A stretch of DNA of 64,000 nt from a virus. Of this stretch, positions 9,999 to 19,561 are shown in pieces (the first letter of the stretch is position 1; every line of letters begins with the position of its first letter). Below the pieces are notes generated by a model. That model had not been told where the DNA came from and searched no databases. It worked only from the letters and a program-made list of their open reading frames with translations. The stretch spans positions 1-64,000 of the IMG/VR virus record IMGVR_UViG_3300012347_000452, one strand, 5' to 3'. A program made the position numbers and the translations under genes.

Positions 9999-11148
9999 CT
10001 GGGAAGCCTCCGAAGCGGATCGGTTGTGTGCCAAATCGCACCTTGCAGGCCGCCAGCGTCTTGGCGCACGCATCATTGGCCAGCGTCGAGGGTGCGTTGT
10101 TCTTGTCGTAGTTGGCGCCCGTCCACCCGCACTCGGTGCTGCGGTACTTCCACGAGCAACTGTTCTGGATGATCTGGCGGTTGGGGAGCTGCTGGCCCAT
10201 CAGGTCGAACGCCGAGGACAGCTCGAACTCGATGATGTAGCGGTTCTCCGTGACCTTGCGCTCCACGTACCAGAGGTCATCGGGGATGAACTGGTTCGGG
10301 TCGGCGTCCGGGTTTCGGTTGAAGCTGGCCGCGATCTGCTGGTAGGTGGTTGCCACGGCGCCGGCTTCAGCCTGGGCTTCCGAGAGCTCCACTGTCATGG
10401 CGCCGCCCGAGGTGCCGAACAGACATACCGACGACGTGCCGCCACCGGGGTTGGCCAGGAAGACGGCCGTGATCCGACGCCAACCGGTTCCCGCGACCAT
10501 TGGAAAGAGTCGAGTCTGAGCGTCGGCCGTTACACCATACCGGATGGCGAATGTGCCCGTGGTCAGTGGGTTGACCTCGACCGAGATCACGTAGGCGTTG
10601 CCTACGACGACACCGAAGTTCTTGTAGACGGTCGTGCCGGTGGTGGAGACCGTGTTGCCGTTCAGACCTGCGAAGCGCGTGGCGACGTTCGAGCCGCGTG
10701 GCCCAGTCACGTTCGCGGTCACGGCGGTCAGTCCATCACCATGCGTCCAGCCTCCTGCGATCTCGGGCAGCGAGTCGGTGTAGGCGAGCAGGTTGCGGGC
10801 CGGCGGGAAGTTGACCGCGTCCAGGTACTTGGCGAAGGTGCGCTTGCGCGTGACCTTGCAGCCCACGAAGTCGCCGAACGACTTGACCGACGCCGACAGA
10901 AAGCCTGCCGCGTTGGCCACCTTCAGCTTGGGGCGTGGGAGTGAGCCGCGTGCGGTGACATCGAACCCCGATGCCTCGATCGGCAAGGGCTCGTAGGTGG
11001 CGCCCTGCCACACCACGGGCTGCGACAGTCCGTTGGTGCCTGCGTGAAAGCGCATGAGCGATCCGCCAGGCAGGTTGGTCGTGTCCAGAATGAAGAAGTC
11101 CAGCAGCGCGGAGGGTGCCAGGGACTGGATTTCGGCGCGGATGGTCAT
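9976..11148 (-). CDS. Minor tail protein L with a ~165 aa inserted beta-rich domain
   Basis: WQGATYEPLPIEASGF, RKRTFAKYLDAVNF, C-terminal Cys cluster CSWKYRSTECG..CAKTLAACKVRFG..FGGFPG. Confidence 0.9.
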   Translation of the reverse strand: MTIRAEIQSLAPSALLDFFILDTTNLPGGSLMRFHAGTNGLSQPVVWQGATYEPLPIEASGFDVTARGSLPRPKLKVANAAGFLSASVKSFGDFVGCKVTRKRTFAKYLDAVNFPPARNLLAYTDSLPEIAGGWTHGDGLTAVTANVTGPRGSNVATRFAGLNGNTVSTTGTTVYKNFGVVVGNAYVISVEVNPLTTGTFAIRYGVTADAQTRLFPMVAGTGWRRITAVFLANPGGGTSSVCLFGTSGGAMTVELSEAQAEAGAVATTYQQIAASFNRNPDADPNQFIPDDLWYVERKVTENRYIIEFELSSAFDLMGQQLPNRQIIQNSCSWKYRSTECGWTGANYDKNNAPSTLANDACAKTLAACKVRFGTQPIRFGGFPGAVRGTT

Positions 11149-11480
11149 GCTTCAAACACCTGTTCAAAATCCATGCTGAGGATCATGTGCCCTTCTTTTC
11201 GGACCATGCCCCACTTGCGGCACACGAAGACCTTCGTCTGGCCAAGCGGCGTCATCCAGTAGAAGCTCTCCAGACCGTTGCGGGCTTGGATGAAGGTCAG
11301 CACGTCCGGATACGTCGCCGAGCTCCGCGTGAACTCGACCGTCCACGTCTCGGCGTTGTTGTTGATGCCGTTGGCCGAGCGAAGCTCGTAGCCATCACCG
11401 AACTTGGTGACGTTGATGCTCGGCTCCTGCGCGAGCCTGGAGTCGTAGTTCGGTTGCCAAATGAAAGTTTGTCGTGCCAT
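11145..11480 (-). CDS. Minor (distal) tail protein M
   Basis: KFGDGYELRSANGIN, SFYWMTP, FEQVFE. Confidence 0.9.
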   Translation of the reverse strand: MARQTFIWQPNYDSRLAQEPSINVTKFGDGYELRSANGINNNAETWTVEFTRSSATYPDVLTFIQARNGLESFYWMTPLGQTKVFVCRKWGMVRKEGHMILSMDFEQVFEA

Positions 11481-11494
11481 GTGTCACCTGTGAC

Positions 11495-14400
11495 TTATCG
11501 ATTGTAGAGCAAGCCACCGGGGCGCTGCTGGTTGCCCATCTCGTCGAGGACGACACCGCGCACACGCTGGGCGACTTCCTGCCAGCGCTTGGCCTCGTCG
11601 GCGCCGTTGGCGGTCGCAGACTGCGAACCGTCCTTGTTGACGACGATGTTGATCACCACGCCACCCTGGTTGTTGGTCGTGGTGTTGCCGCCCGTCATCG
11701 TGACGGGGATGCTGCGGCCATCAGGCAGCGGCACATAGGCTTCCGGGGTCGAACCCTCACCGAAGAGGGCCACCTGCGGGCTGTTTGCGATACCGCCGTT
11801 GGCGTACTTCTTCAGGTCGAGCGAGCCCATGCTCGACATGATGCCGCCCTTGGAGAATCCGCTGATGGCAGCAAAGTCGAACTGGCTCATCTCTGTCGCG
11901 CCGGCACCCGCCGCAGCACCACCACCCCCGAAGAGCCCACCGATCAGCCCACCCAGGCCACCACTGGTGCCCGAGTCACTGAAGGCGCCGGCAATCGACT
12001 TCATCAGCCAGTCCAGGCCGCTCTTTAAGCCGTCCATGACCGTGGTCATGCCGTTCTTGATGAAGTCCCAGGTGGAGCTCAGTTTGTCCTTCAGAGTTGT
12101 CCAGGTGCTTTCGAGGGCTGTCTTGGCTTCCTTCAACGGGTCGGCCGTCATCACGCCGCCTTGCGGACGAGTGACCATCGGGTTGGTGTCGGTGCCCAGC
12201 TCACCCTTGGTGCCCTTGGAGCCCAGGCCCAGGAGGCTGCTCATCATGTTGGCAAAGCCGCCTGTCACGCTCGTCACCGCATCACCCAGCGTCTTGCGCA
12301 GCAGGATCGTGTTGACATCCTTCAGTGCGCCGACCACCAAGTCCTTGAACTTGCCCACCTTCTCGCCGTTCATGGCCTTGGTGATGTAGTCCATCGTCTG
12401 CTGCGCCCAGTTGGCCGAAGCCTGGTTCATCGCATCGACGGAGTTGCGCCAGTTGTCGGCGAGCTTGTCGAGCGCCGACTTGGCGTTCTGGACGTAGCGC
12501 TCCCATGCCTCGGAGCGGTACTTCGAGCCGGCGTCTTCCAGGCGGTTCAGTTCGCTCTGGTACTGGGCGAAGCTGATGTGACCCGCTTGGAAGCGATCCT
12601 CGAGCTTCCAGCGCTTCTCGTCTTCGTTGAGGGTGAACTCGCGCAGTTCCTCCTGGTAGGTGGCCATCGCCACCTGCTTGTAATCCATCGTGGCGCGGGC
12701 GCGGGCGACCTTGGAGCGCTCGACACCGGTCAGGGTGTCCTCGACGAACTTCTTGTTCTCCTCGCGCATGTCGAAGAACGAGCGCAAGTTGCGGGTCTCC
12801 GTGGCGTTGCCGACGGCCTTGGCGCGCTGTGCCTCGATGCGCTGGTATTCGTCGCTGGTCTTCTCCAGCTTCTTCAGCAGGTCGTCGTACTTGGCGATGA
12901 CCGAGTTCAGCGCCTTGTCTTCCTTAGAGATGCCGTTGGTTGCTGTCTCCTCACGGGCGGCGTTCAAGTCGCGCAGCGAGTCGGCGAGCAGGTTGTTGGA
13001 GGTCTCCTGAGCCTTGTTGGCGTCCTTGTAGCGCTCCACCGTCGTCAGGTCGTTGATGATGCCCAGGACTTGCTTGCTCTGCGTCTCGGTGAGCTTCAGG
13101 CCGGCCACGAAGTCATCGACGGACTTCTTGCCGTCGATCACCTGCTCCATGAAGTCCTTCACGAACCCCTTGCGCTTGTTGATGTCGCCAAAGCGCACCG
13201 GCACCTTCTCTTGGCCCTCTGCGTCGAGCTCCTTGGTGTCGAACTTGCCCTCGGCGATGTCACCCAGCACGCCGACGGCGATCTGGTTCTTGATGTCGCC
13301 GATCTCCTTGGAGCCGATCAGCGCCTGCTTGTAGGCGATCAGCGCTTCAGCGGCGGCCGCTTTGGCACGCTCGGCTTCACGCAGGATCGGGTCTTCCTTC
13401 AGGTTGGGCTTAGCGTCCTTCTTGGTTGTCGGCACGCGGCCCAGCGACTGCTCGGCCTGCTTGATGGCGGCGGTGGTTTCCTCAATCTTCGAGTTGACGA
13501 ACTTCAACTGTCCTTCGAGCGACAGTCGCTTGTTGGAGTCGGCTTCGATCTTCAGCGCGCCTTCAACTTCAGCCTTACGCTCCTGAGCGTAGGTAAGAAG
13601 GAAGCGCTCGCGGGCGATCACCAAGGCATTTTTCTTGTCGTTGTAGCGTTGGCTGATGGCATCTTCTTCAGACTGGGTCAGCTTCTTGCCACCGGCGCGA
13701 GCCTTATCCAGTTCCGCACGCTCTGCTTCAGCGAGCTTGCGGGCTTCGCTGCGCATGGCTTCGACTTTCTCTTCTGTGCCGCGACGATAGGTGCGCTCGA
13801 ACTGAGACATATCCCGCGCCACGCGCTCCTCGTCCAAAAGGCGAGTTTGCTCGCTGGCCTGGAACGTGGCTGATTCGTATTTCTCCTGATATTCGGCCAG
13901 TTGTTTTTGGAGCGATGCGCGGTATCGCTCCGGGTCGCCTTCTTGACGGCCACGCGCATCGGGCTTGGTGAGGACACCCATAGAAGCTGCAAAGCCCTTC
14001 TGCTGGCTCGCGCTCATTGCTTCAAAATCTTTGAGCGACTTGCTCAGCGCATCGACGGATTTCTTAGCGTCCTTGGCTCGATTGTTGGCACCTTCCATGT
14101 CGTCTTTGGAAGCAATGCCCGCCTTAGTGCGCTCGACGATCTTTTCAAACTCCTTCCAGCGGTTCATGTAGTCCCAGAGCTTTTGGCCCAGGGTCACGAG
14201 AACGCCGATCGCGATACCCACCCAGCCGCCGAAGGCGTTGAAGATGACGCCAGCGGCCGACTTGGCTTTTGACAGCAGTCCAACGCCCATTGTGGCATTG
14301 GCCGCTGCCGCTGCCTCCCGAGCGTAAAGACCCTCCATGATCCGAGAGTGTTGTGCCTGCTGCATCAAAGATTCGGCGTGACCGCTGTTGGCGACTGTTG

Positions 14401-15970
14401 CGTTGCGCGTGGTCTGGATCGATTGCAGGAGGGCGGCGTCGCGCGCCTTGATGGCGGCAATCTCGGCGCTGACGGCCGCGATGTTGCCTGCGTTGACGTT
14501 GGCGTTCGTACCGATCCGGCTGGCTTCGGCGTTGTAGGCCCGCGCCTCTGCGGCGGAGCCTGCCTTCTTACGGCGGGCAGCGGCTTCTGCGGCGAGTTCG
14601 GCCGCCATCTGCTGGCCCAGGAACTGCTGCTGGAGCGCGTTCAAGGACTGGTAGTGGGCGACGCGGTCGGCGAGCTGCTTGGCAAGTGCCGCGCGCTGGC
14701 GCTCGGCCGATTTGATCTCTTGTGCGGCAAGTGCCGCCTCGGCTTTCTGCTCGGCCGCCACACGCTTGTCGATCGCCGCCTGGCGCGCGGCAAACGCGGC
14801 CTGCTCCTGGGCGATCTCGTTGGCAATCAACGTCTGCTTGTTGGTGAGAGCGTCGCGCTTGGCCTGCACGTCCTCGCGGTACTTCTCGATCTGCCCGTTG
14901 ATCGCGCTCTTGATAGCGCCGAGCAGTGATTGGGCTCGGGTGATGGCGAAGTAGGCGATGAACGCCTTGCCAGCCAGCTCGATGGCGCCGGCCCACTTGA
15001 TGACCACATCGACGATGCTTCGCAGCAGGCGCACCAGATCAGCCAGACCGGTGCCGATGTCGTTGGCGAAGCGCTTGGCCTGACCACCATCGAACATGGC
15101 GATCATGTCCTGGAGCTGCTTCTTGGCTTCCTTGAAGAAGTCGTTCTTGCCCGCCTCCAGCTTGAACAGCTCGAACTTGGTGTTAAGCAAGGACAGCATA
15201 CCGGTCCACGAGTCCATCATGGCTTCGGCTGCGCCGTCGTTCTCGAAGCGCATCACGAGGAACATGTTGCGCAGCGCGGTCGATGCTTCCACCGTGCCGG
15301 TCTGCACGAGCTTGGTGAACTTGGGCATCGACATGCCGGCGCCTTGGGCCATCATGTTGATCGCGTTGGGCACGGCTTCGCCCAACTGCTGGCGAAGTTC
15401 TTCCATCGAGATCACGCCCTTGCCGGACATCTGCTGAATCGCGATGGAGGCACGGTGCATGGTGTCGGAGGTGCCGCCGAACCGGGCGACCGAGTCCACC
15501 AGGGACTTCATGCTGCCGTCGGTGGGGTCCAGGCCGCCCGACTTCAGCTTCACGAAGGCGTCGGTCAGAGTCTTGACATCGAAGGGCGCGTTCTGCGCCA
15601 TGTTGAAGATGAACTTGACGTTGTTGAGCGCCTCGGCCGAACGGGCGGCCTTGGTCGTCTCCCTGCTCATGCCTTCCATGAGCTTGGTCATCTTCTCGAC
15701 CTCGCCCGAAGTCTTCAGGATCGCGCCAGGCAGCGCCATGAAGATGTCGTGGACATCGTGCATCGCGTAGCGAAGCATCGAGGCGGTCTGGATGATGGAG
15801 CGGAATCGACCCGCCACGCCGGTGAAGTGTTTCTCCAGCGCTTCGGTGGAACGGGAGGTGCGGTCGATGGCACGCTGAAGTTCCTGGATCGTGACGCCAG
15901 CTTTCTGGGTCTGAACCACGAACTGATTGTTGTCCAACGACAACACGACTTTGATTTCGCCACCGAGCAT
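11495..15970 (-). CDS. Tape measure protein
   Basis: 1491 aa helical Ala-rich protein; QMSGKGVISMEELRQQLGEA motif; C-terminal FGEGSTPEAYVPL..QRPGGLL. Confidence 0.93.
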   Translation of the reverse strand: MLGGEIKVVLSLDNNQFVVQTQKAGVTIQELQRAIDRTSRSTEALEKHFTGVAGRFRSIIQTASMLRYAMHDVHDIFMALPGAILKTSGEVEKMTKLMEGMSRETTKAARSAEALNNVKFIFNMAQNAPFDVKTLTDAFVKLKSGGLDPTDGSMKSLVDSVARFGGTSDTMHRASIAIQQMSGKGVISMEELRQQLGEAVPNAINMMAQGAGMSMPKFTKLVQTGTVEASTALRNMFLVMRFENDGAAEAMMDSWTGMLSLLNTKFELFKLEAGKNDFFKEAKKQLQDMIAMFDGGQAKRFANDIGTGLADLVRLLRSIVDVVIKWAGAIELAGKAFIAYFAITRAQSLLGAIKSAINGQIEKYREDVQAKRDALTNKQTLIANEIAQEQAAFAARQAAIDKRVAAEQKAEAALAAQEIKSAERQRAALAKQLADRVAHYQSLNALQQQFLGQQMAAELAAEAAARRKKAGSAAEARAYNAEASRIGTNANVNAGNIAAVSAEIAAIKARDAALLQSIQTTRNATVANSGHAESLMQQAQHSRIMEGLYAREAAAAANATMGVGLLSKAKSAAGVIFNAFGGWVGIAIGVLVTLGQKLWDYMNRWKEFEKIVERTKAGIASKDDMEGANNRAKDAKKSVDALSKSLKDFEAMSASQQKGFAASMGVLTKPDARGRQEGDPERYRASLQKQLAEYQEKYESATFQASEQTRLLDEERVARDMSQFERTYRRGTEEKVEAMRSEARKLAEAERAELDKARAGGKKLTQSEEDAISQRYNDKKNALVIARERFLLTYAQERKAEVEGALKIEADSNKRLSLEGQLKFVNSKIEETTAAIKQAEQSLGRVPTTKKDAKPNLKEDPILREAERAKAAAAEALIAYKQALIGSKEIGDIKNQIAVGVLGDIAEGKFDTKELDAEGQEKVPVRFGDINKRKGFVKDFMEQVIDGKKSVDDFVAGLKLTETQSKQVLGIINDLTTVERYKDANKAQETSNNLLADSLRDLNAAREETATNGISKEDKALNSVIAKYDDLLKKLEKTSDEYQRIEAQRAKAVGNATETRNLRSFFDMREENKKFVEDTLTGVERSKVARARATMDYKQVAMATYQEELREFTLNEDEKRWKLEDRFQAGHISFAQYQSELNRLEDAGSKYRSEAWERYVQNAKSALDKLADNWRNSVDAMNQASANWAQQTMDYITKAMNGEKVGKFKDLVVGALKDVNTILLRKTLGDAVTSVTGGFANMMSSLLGLGSKGTKGELGTDTNPMVTRPQGGVMTADPLKEAKTALESTWTTLKDKLSSTWDFIKNGMTTVMDGLKSGLDWLMKSIAGAFSDSGTSGGLGGLIGGLFGGGGAAAGAGATEMSQFDFAAISGFSKGGIMSSMGSLDLKKYANGGIANSPQVALFGEGSTPEAYVPLPDGRSIPVTMTGGNTTTNNQGGVVINIVVNKDGSQSATANGADEAKRWQEVAQRVRGVVLDEMGNQQRPGGLLYNR

Positions 15971-15980
15971 TTCTCTTCCT

Positions 15981-16316
15981 TTACATCGCCGCTGCCATCA
16001 GCTTCAGCTCCGCGAAGCCCGCTTCATCGCGCACCGCTTCGACGACTGAAGGCTCTTTGATCACCTCTCCAATTTCGATAATCAGCCTGTCCTGGCACTC
16101 CCGAAGACCCTCGGCGCTCTGGGCTGCCGCTGCGGTCGTCAGGTTGCGCAAGTCTTCCCCTGCTCTGATACGGCGAATGTTGCCGCTCAACAGCCAGAAG
16201 GTCTTGATCGGAATCCTCATCAAGGCCTCATATGGCATCGAATAGAAGTGGCTCACCTCGCAGAACATGAAACCAAAATCGATCTCACGTTGAGGCAGGC
16301 CCTTTACACGTTTCCC
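15981..16316 (-). CDS. Tail assembly chaperone GT C-terminal extension (reached by -1 frameshift)
   Basis: Frame is open from the slippery site GGGAAAC (GKRVKGLPQREIDFGFMFCE...) to the stop just before the tape measure gene. Confidence 0.8.
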   Translation of the reverse strand, partial: GKRVKGLPQREIDFGFMFCEVSHFYSMPYEALMRIPIKTFWLLSGNIRRIRAGEDLRNLTTAAAAQSAEGLRECQDRLIIEIGEVIKEPSVVEAVRDEAGFAELKLMAAAM

Positions 16317-16648
16317 GCTTCATCCTTGGTCGCGCCCTGTGCCTCGTGGGCACCGACGATCGACTCCGGGGTCTCGCCGCGCGTGAACGCCGCCAGGCCC
16401 TTCAACTGCTCCAGCGACAAGCTCATCAGCACCGATGTCTCGATGTTGGGAATCGAGCGCTTGATCAGATCGATCGTGGCGGTCAACTGCTTGGCGTAGC
16501 TGGTTTCGTTCTCCATCGCTTCGGCCACTCGGGTCGTCTCGATGAAGTCCTCGACTGACATCTCCCTGACCACATAGGTCTGGCTTCCGATTTGCACTTC
16601 GCGTGTCTCTTTGGCACTCAACTGATTGAGGTTCAACAATTTAGTCAT
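16304..16648 (-). CDS. Tail assembly chaperone G
   Basis: Between tail tube and tape measure; ends GCG GGA AAC GTG TAA. Confidence 0.8.
   Translation of the reverse strand: MTKLLNLNQLSAKETREVQIGSQTYVVREMSVEDFIETTRVAEAMENETSYAKQLTATIDLIKRSIPNIETSVLMSLSLEQLKGLAAFTRGETPESIVGAHEAQGATKDEAGNV
16310..16316 (-). other. Programmed -1 frameshift slippery heptamer GGGAAAC
   Basis: X XXY YYZ form in the G frame; the -1 frame joins the downstream ORF (48 nt to its Met, no stop). Confidence 0.8.
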
Positions 16649-16669
16649 GCGTTACTCCTTTGGTCATAG

Positions 16670-16700
16670 AAAAGAAAAAGCCTCGCACTTGGCGAGGCTT
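16670..16700 (-). terminator. Intrinsic terminator after the tail tube gene
   Basis: AAGCCTCGC/GCGAGGCTT stem followed by a T-tract on the minus strand. Confidence 0.75.
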
Positions 16701-16733
16701 ATTCTATCCGACTTCAGTCAGTTGTGAAAGAGC

Positions 16734-17606
16734 TTAGTTCCCCACAGTGAAGAGCTTGCTGGAGGTGTCGGGATAGCCGGTGAACTCCACGTTGTAGATG
16801 CGTTCCTGATCCAGCTTGTAGGCAAAGGTCAGGGCACCCGAAGTGGCGGCCAGAGGAATCACGAAGTCTTCGCTCTTGTCGGTCAGAGGCTTGCCCTGGG
16901 GGTGGATGCGCAGTTCCTTGGCCAGGTCGAGCAGGTTGACGCCGATGCCGGTGGGCACGGAGACCGATGCGCCGGTGGGGTCAGCACCGCCAGTCAGAGT
17001 TGCGCCGGACATCGTCACTTTGGCGGCGGCAGTGCCAGTCACCAGGGTGAAGCTGTTGCCTTCCACGCCCTTCTGACCAGTCGAGCCATAGGCGAGCTGG
17101 TTGCCGTAGAGCACGGTCACGACGGCACCGGCGACGGTGTAGTACGCGGCGGCGATCTTGGGGTCGGTCGAGGCGTTCAACGCGGCGGCCAGGTTGGTCG
17201 CGGTGTTGGCAGCGGCAGCGCCCAACAGCACTTCGTTGCCCACGCCGGTCAGGGCCGACTTGAAGGTCACGGTGGCGCCGTTGACGACGATCGTTTCGTT
17301 GGCCAGAGGCTGAGTGGTGACGGTGATCGTGCCGGTGGCAGCAGTGCCGCCCGTGGTCACGAGCGTGGCGCCAGGCATCACGGCGACCATGTTGTCCAGC
17401 GTGGTCTCAGCCAGCGGAATCTTGGCCATCACGGCGCGGCCCATGATGTATTCGTTGATGGTCGTGTTGCCGAACTGATCGACGTTGACCTTGTGTGTTT
17501 CAGTGGTGACTGTAACTTCCACGCCGCCTTGGGTGTAACCCAGATCAACGCCGTCGAAGAAAACCTGGCAAGTGCCAAGTTTCACGTTTTTTGTACTCGA
17601 TGCCAT
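16734..17606 (-). CDS. Major tail (tube) protein with an inserted accessory domain
   Basis: DLGYTQGGVEV..VDQFG..ERIYNVEFTGYPD; position; downstream terminator. Confidence 0.8.
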   Translation of the reverse strand: MASSTKNVKLGTCQVFFDGVDLGYTQGGVEVTVTTETHKVNVDQFGNTTINEYIMGRAVMAKIPLAETTLDNMVAVMPGATLVTTGGTAATGTITVTTQPLANETIVVNGATVTFKSALTGVGNEVLLGAAAANTATNLAAALNASTDPKIAAAYYTVAGAVVTVLYGNQLAYGSTGQKGVEGNSFTLVTGTAAAKVTMSGATLTGGADPTGASVSVPTGIGVNLLDLAKELRIHPQGKPLTDKSEDFVIPLAATSGALTFAYKLDQERIYNVEFTGYPDTSSKLFTVGN

Positions 17607-17703
17607 TTGAAGCTCCTTTGCAAAGGGGTGTTGAAGTCACGACTGAGCGACTTCGCCGGTGCGCGGACTCTAACACAATTGAGGCTAAAAGTCTAGTACT
17701 TTT

Positions 17704-18171
17704 TCAGAAGTAGCTCGCCGCAACCTGGATCAGTCGGTTCATCATGCCCTTTGAAACTTCGGCTGTTGCACGCTCCAGAAAGCGGCCTCCGACGATTCCC
17801 TGGCCAGCGTCCTTGGTGCGGGACTTCTTGCCCAGGTTGAAGCCCCCTGCCCCATACGGCAGCAGGAGCTCGTGCATCCGATAGGCATAGGTCGAGATCG
17901 ACTCGCCCTTGTAGCCCTTGGCGTTCATGTCGAGGAACACCTCGAAGGCCTTGCGCTGGAACTGGCCGCGAGCGTTTCGCCCACCACCGAGCGCATCGAC
18001 CTTGATCGCGTCCTCGAGGTTGCCATGATCGATCGGGGCGTACTTCTGGGCCAGCTTCTTGATCGCCTCTGCTTCCTTGCGCATCTGCTCGACCACGCCC
18101 TTGGTGGCGCGCTCGCCACTTTGGGTCAGGAGCGCACGCAGCGCATCCGCACCCTCAAGTGTCATACCCAT
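17704..18171 (-). CDS. Tail completion protein (HK97 gp10-like)
   Basis: APIDHGNLEDAI, YAYRMHE, GRFLERA. Confidence 0.7.
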   Translation of the reverse strand: MGMTLEGADALRALLTQSGERATKGVVEQMRKEAEAIKKLAQKYAPIDHGNLEDAIKVDALGGGRNARGQFQRKAFEVFLDMNAKGYKGESISTYAYRMHELLLPYGAGGFNLGKKSRTKDAGQGIVGGRFLERATAEVSKGMMNRLIQVAASYF

Positions 18172-18553
18172 AGCGGTCTCCCGTGTAGGCGATGTCGAAC
18201 GTCACCTGAACCTCGTAGAAGTTGCCCTCGGAGACCGGGAACGACACCGGCAGGCTCACGGGGCGCATGTACTTGACGTTGATCGTGTCCACGTCGTCGT
18301 CGTAGATCGTGAGCGCCAGCATCGCCGAGCGGGCGAGGTCCAGCGCGGCCACGTACTGCGGCGCACGGGCGATGAGGATGAAGCTCGTCTTGAAGTAGCC
18401 GGGAAGTTCGTGGTCGATGTCGGTGCCGACCAGGGGCACACGCAGCATGATGGCGGTCTTGGCCTCCATCGGCATGAAGTTGATGAACAGGGTCTTGCCC
18501 TGCACGCCCAGGCCCTCGAACTCCAGCTTGTTGGCGATTGGCATCAGGTCCAT
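18155..18553 (-). CDS. Tail terminator / neck protein
   Basis: Size, position and LFINFMP..FILIARA pattern. Confidence 0.6.
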   Translation of the reverse strand: MDLMPIANKLEFEGLGVQGKTLFINFMPMEAKTAIMLRVPLVGTDIDHELPGYFKTSFILIARAPQYVAALDLARSAMLALTIYDDDVDTINVKYMRPVSLPVSFPVSEGNFYEVQVTFDIAYTGDRYGYDT

Positions 18554-18555
18554 GT

Positions 18556-18900
18556 TCAGCTCCAGATCGAGGCGGTGATTTCATAGTGATCCAGCACACC
18601 ACCCACCGAGTAGCGCGGGTGCATGGACAGGATTCGGAAGGTCGCCCCGCTCACTTCGATCAGGTCGTCGATGCTGGCGGCCGTGGTCGCGGTCAGCAGG
18701 ATCAGCGAGTCGCTCAGGAGCTCCTTGGCATTGCCGCGCGATGCGGAACTGTCGGCCCGAACGGCGCTCTTGGTGTTGGTGGTGATTAGGCGCACGACCG
18801 CGCACTGCTCCCGAACCTTGCGGGAGGCGAGCGGCTGGCCATACACATCGGTGCGGCCGGACGACACCGAGACGGTGCAGGTTTGGTTAGGGCGAAACAT
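18556..18900 (-). CDS. Head closure protein
   Basis: Start at MFRPN; DVYGQP, VRADSSASRG, DHYEI; position. Confidence 0.6.
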   Translation of the reverse strand: MFRPNQTCTVSVSSGRTDVYGQPLASRKVREQCAVVRLITTNTKSAVRADSSASRGNAKELLSDSLILLTATTAASIDDLIEVSGATFRILSMHPRYSVGGVLDHYEITASIWS

Positions 18901-19561
18901 GGGGGCCGATCTTTGCTTTGGCGTTGTAGTGAAAGACGGTGTCGATGAGGTCATCGAAGCTCGGATAGCCTGGCGTGGCGCCCGACATCGAGAAGACCAG
19001 GCCATCGTTGTCGTGGGTCGGGTCGTCGTAGATCACCTGGGCGAGATCGCCCTCCCAGGAGAAGCCCACCATCTGCTGGTAGAGCCACGTCCGGTAGGCG
19101 AAGTGACGAGCCTGGGCCTTCACGAAGGGCGCGGCCTTGAAGGTGCGCCCCGACGCGGAGGTCACGTTGAACTCCGGGGTGGCGAGCTTTTGCTGCAAGA
19201 GCAGGCCCATCGCGCCATGAGCGTTGTTCACGGCATCGAGTGCGTTGACCTTGACACCTTTCATGCGCGTGACGAGCGTGCCGATGTTCTCGGCCGACAC
19301 ACGGGCCATCTCTTCGCCGAAGCCTTGCGCAAGCGCTGTGACCTCGTCCACTGAGACGTTCGAGACCTGCTCGACGATCGCCCGATTGGCGCCCTGCAAG
19401 AAGGTCGCCCGCAACTCCCGTGCGCTTTGCTCGAACTGGTTGATGCTCATCGGGGACACGTCGGCACCCGGTGCCATCAGCGACAGGTAGCGGCCCGAGA
19501 GTGCGAACAGGAAGAGTTCGTACTCGGCCTTCAGGCGAATCGCGAAGTCTTCGTATTGCAT
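18887..19561 (-). CDS. Virion morphogenesis hypothetical protein
   Basis: Start at MQYEDF coupled to the upstream stop; ends FHYNA like minor head proteins. Confidence 0.5.
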   Translation of the reverse strand: MQYEDFAIRLKAEYELFLFALSGRYLSLMAPGADVSPMSINQFEQSARELRATFLQGANRAIVEQVSNVSVDEVTALAQGFGEEMARVSAENIGTLVTRMKGVKVNALDAVNNAHGAMGLLLQQKLATPEFNVTSASGRTFKAAPFVKAQARHFAYRTWLYQQMVGFSWEGDLAQVIYDDPTHDNDGLVFSMSGATPGYPSFDDLIDTVFHYNAKAKIGPHVSP

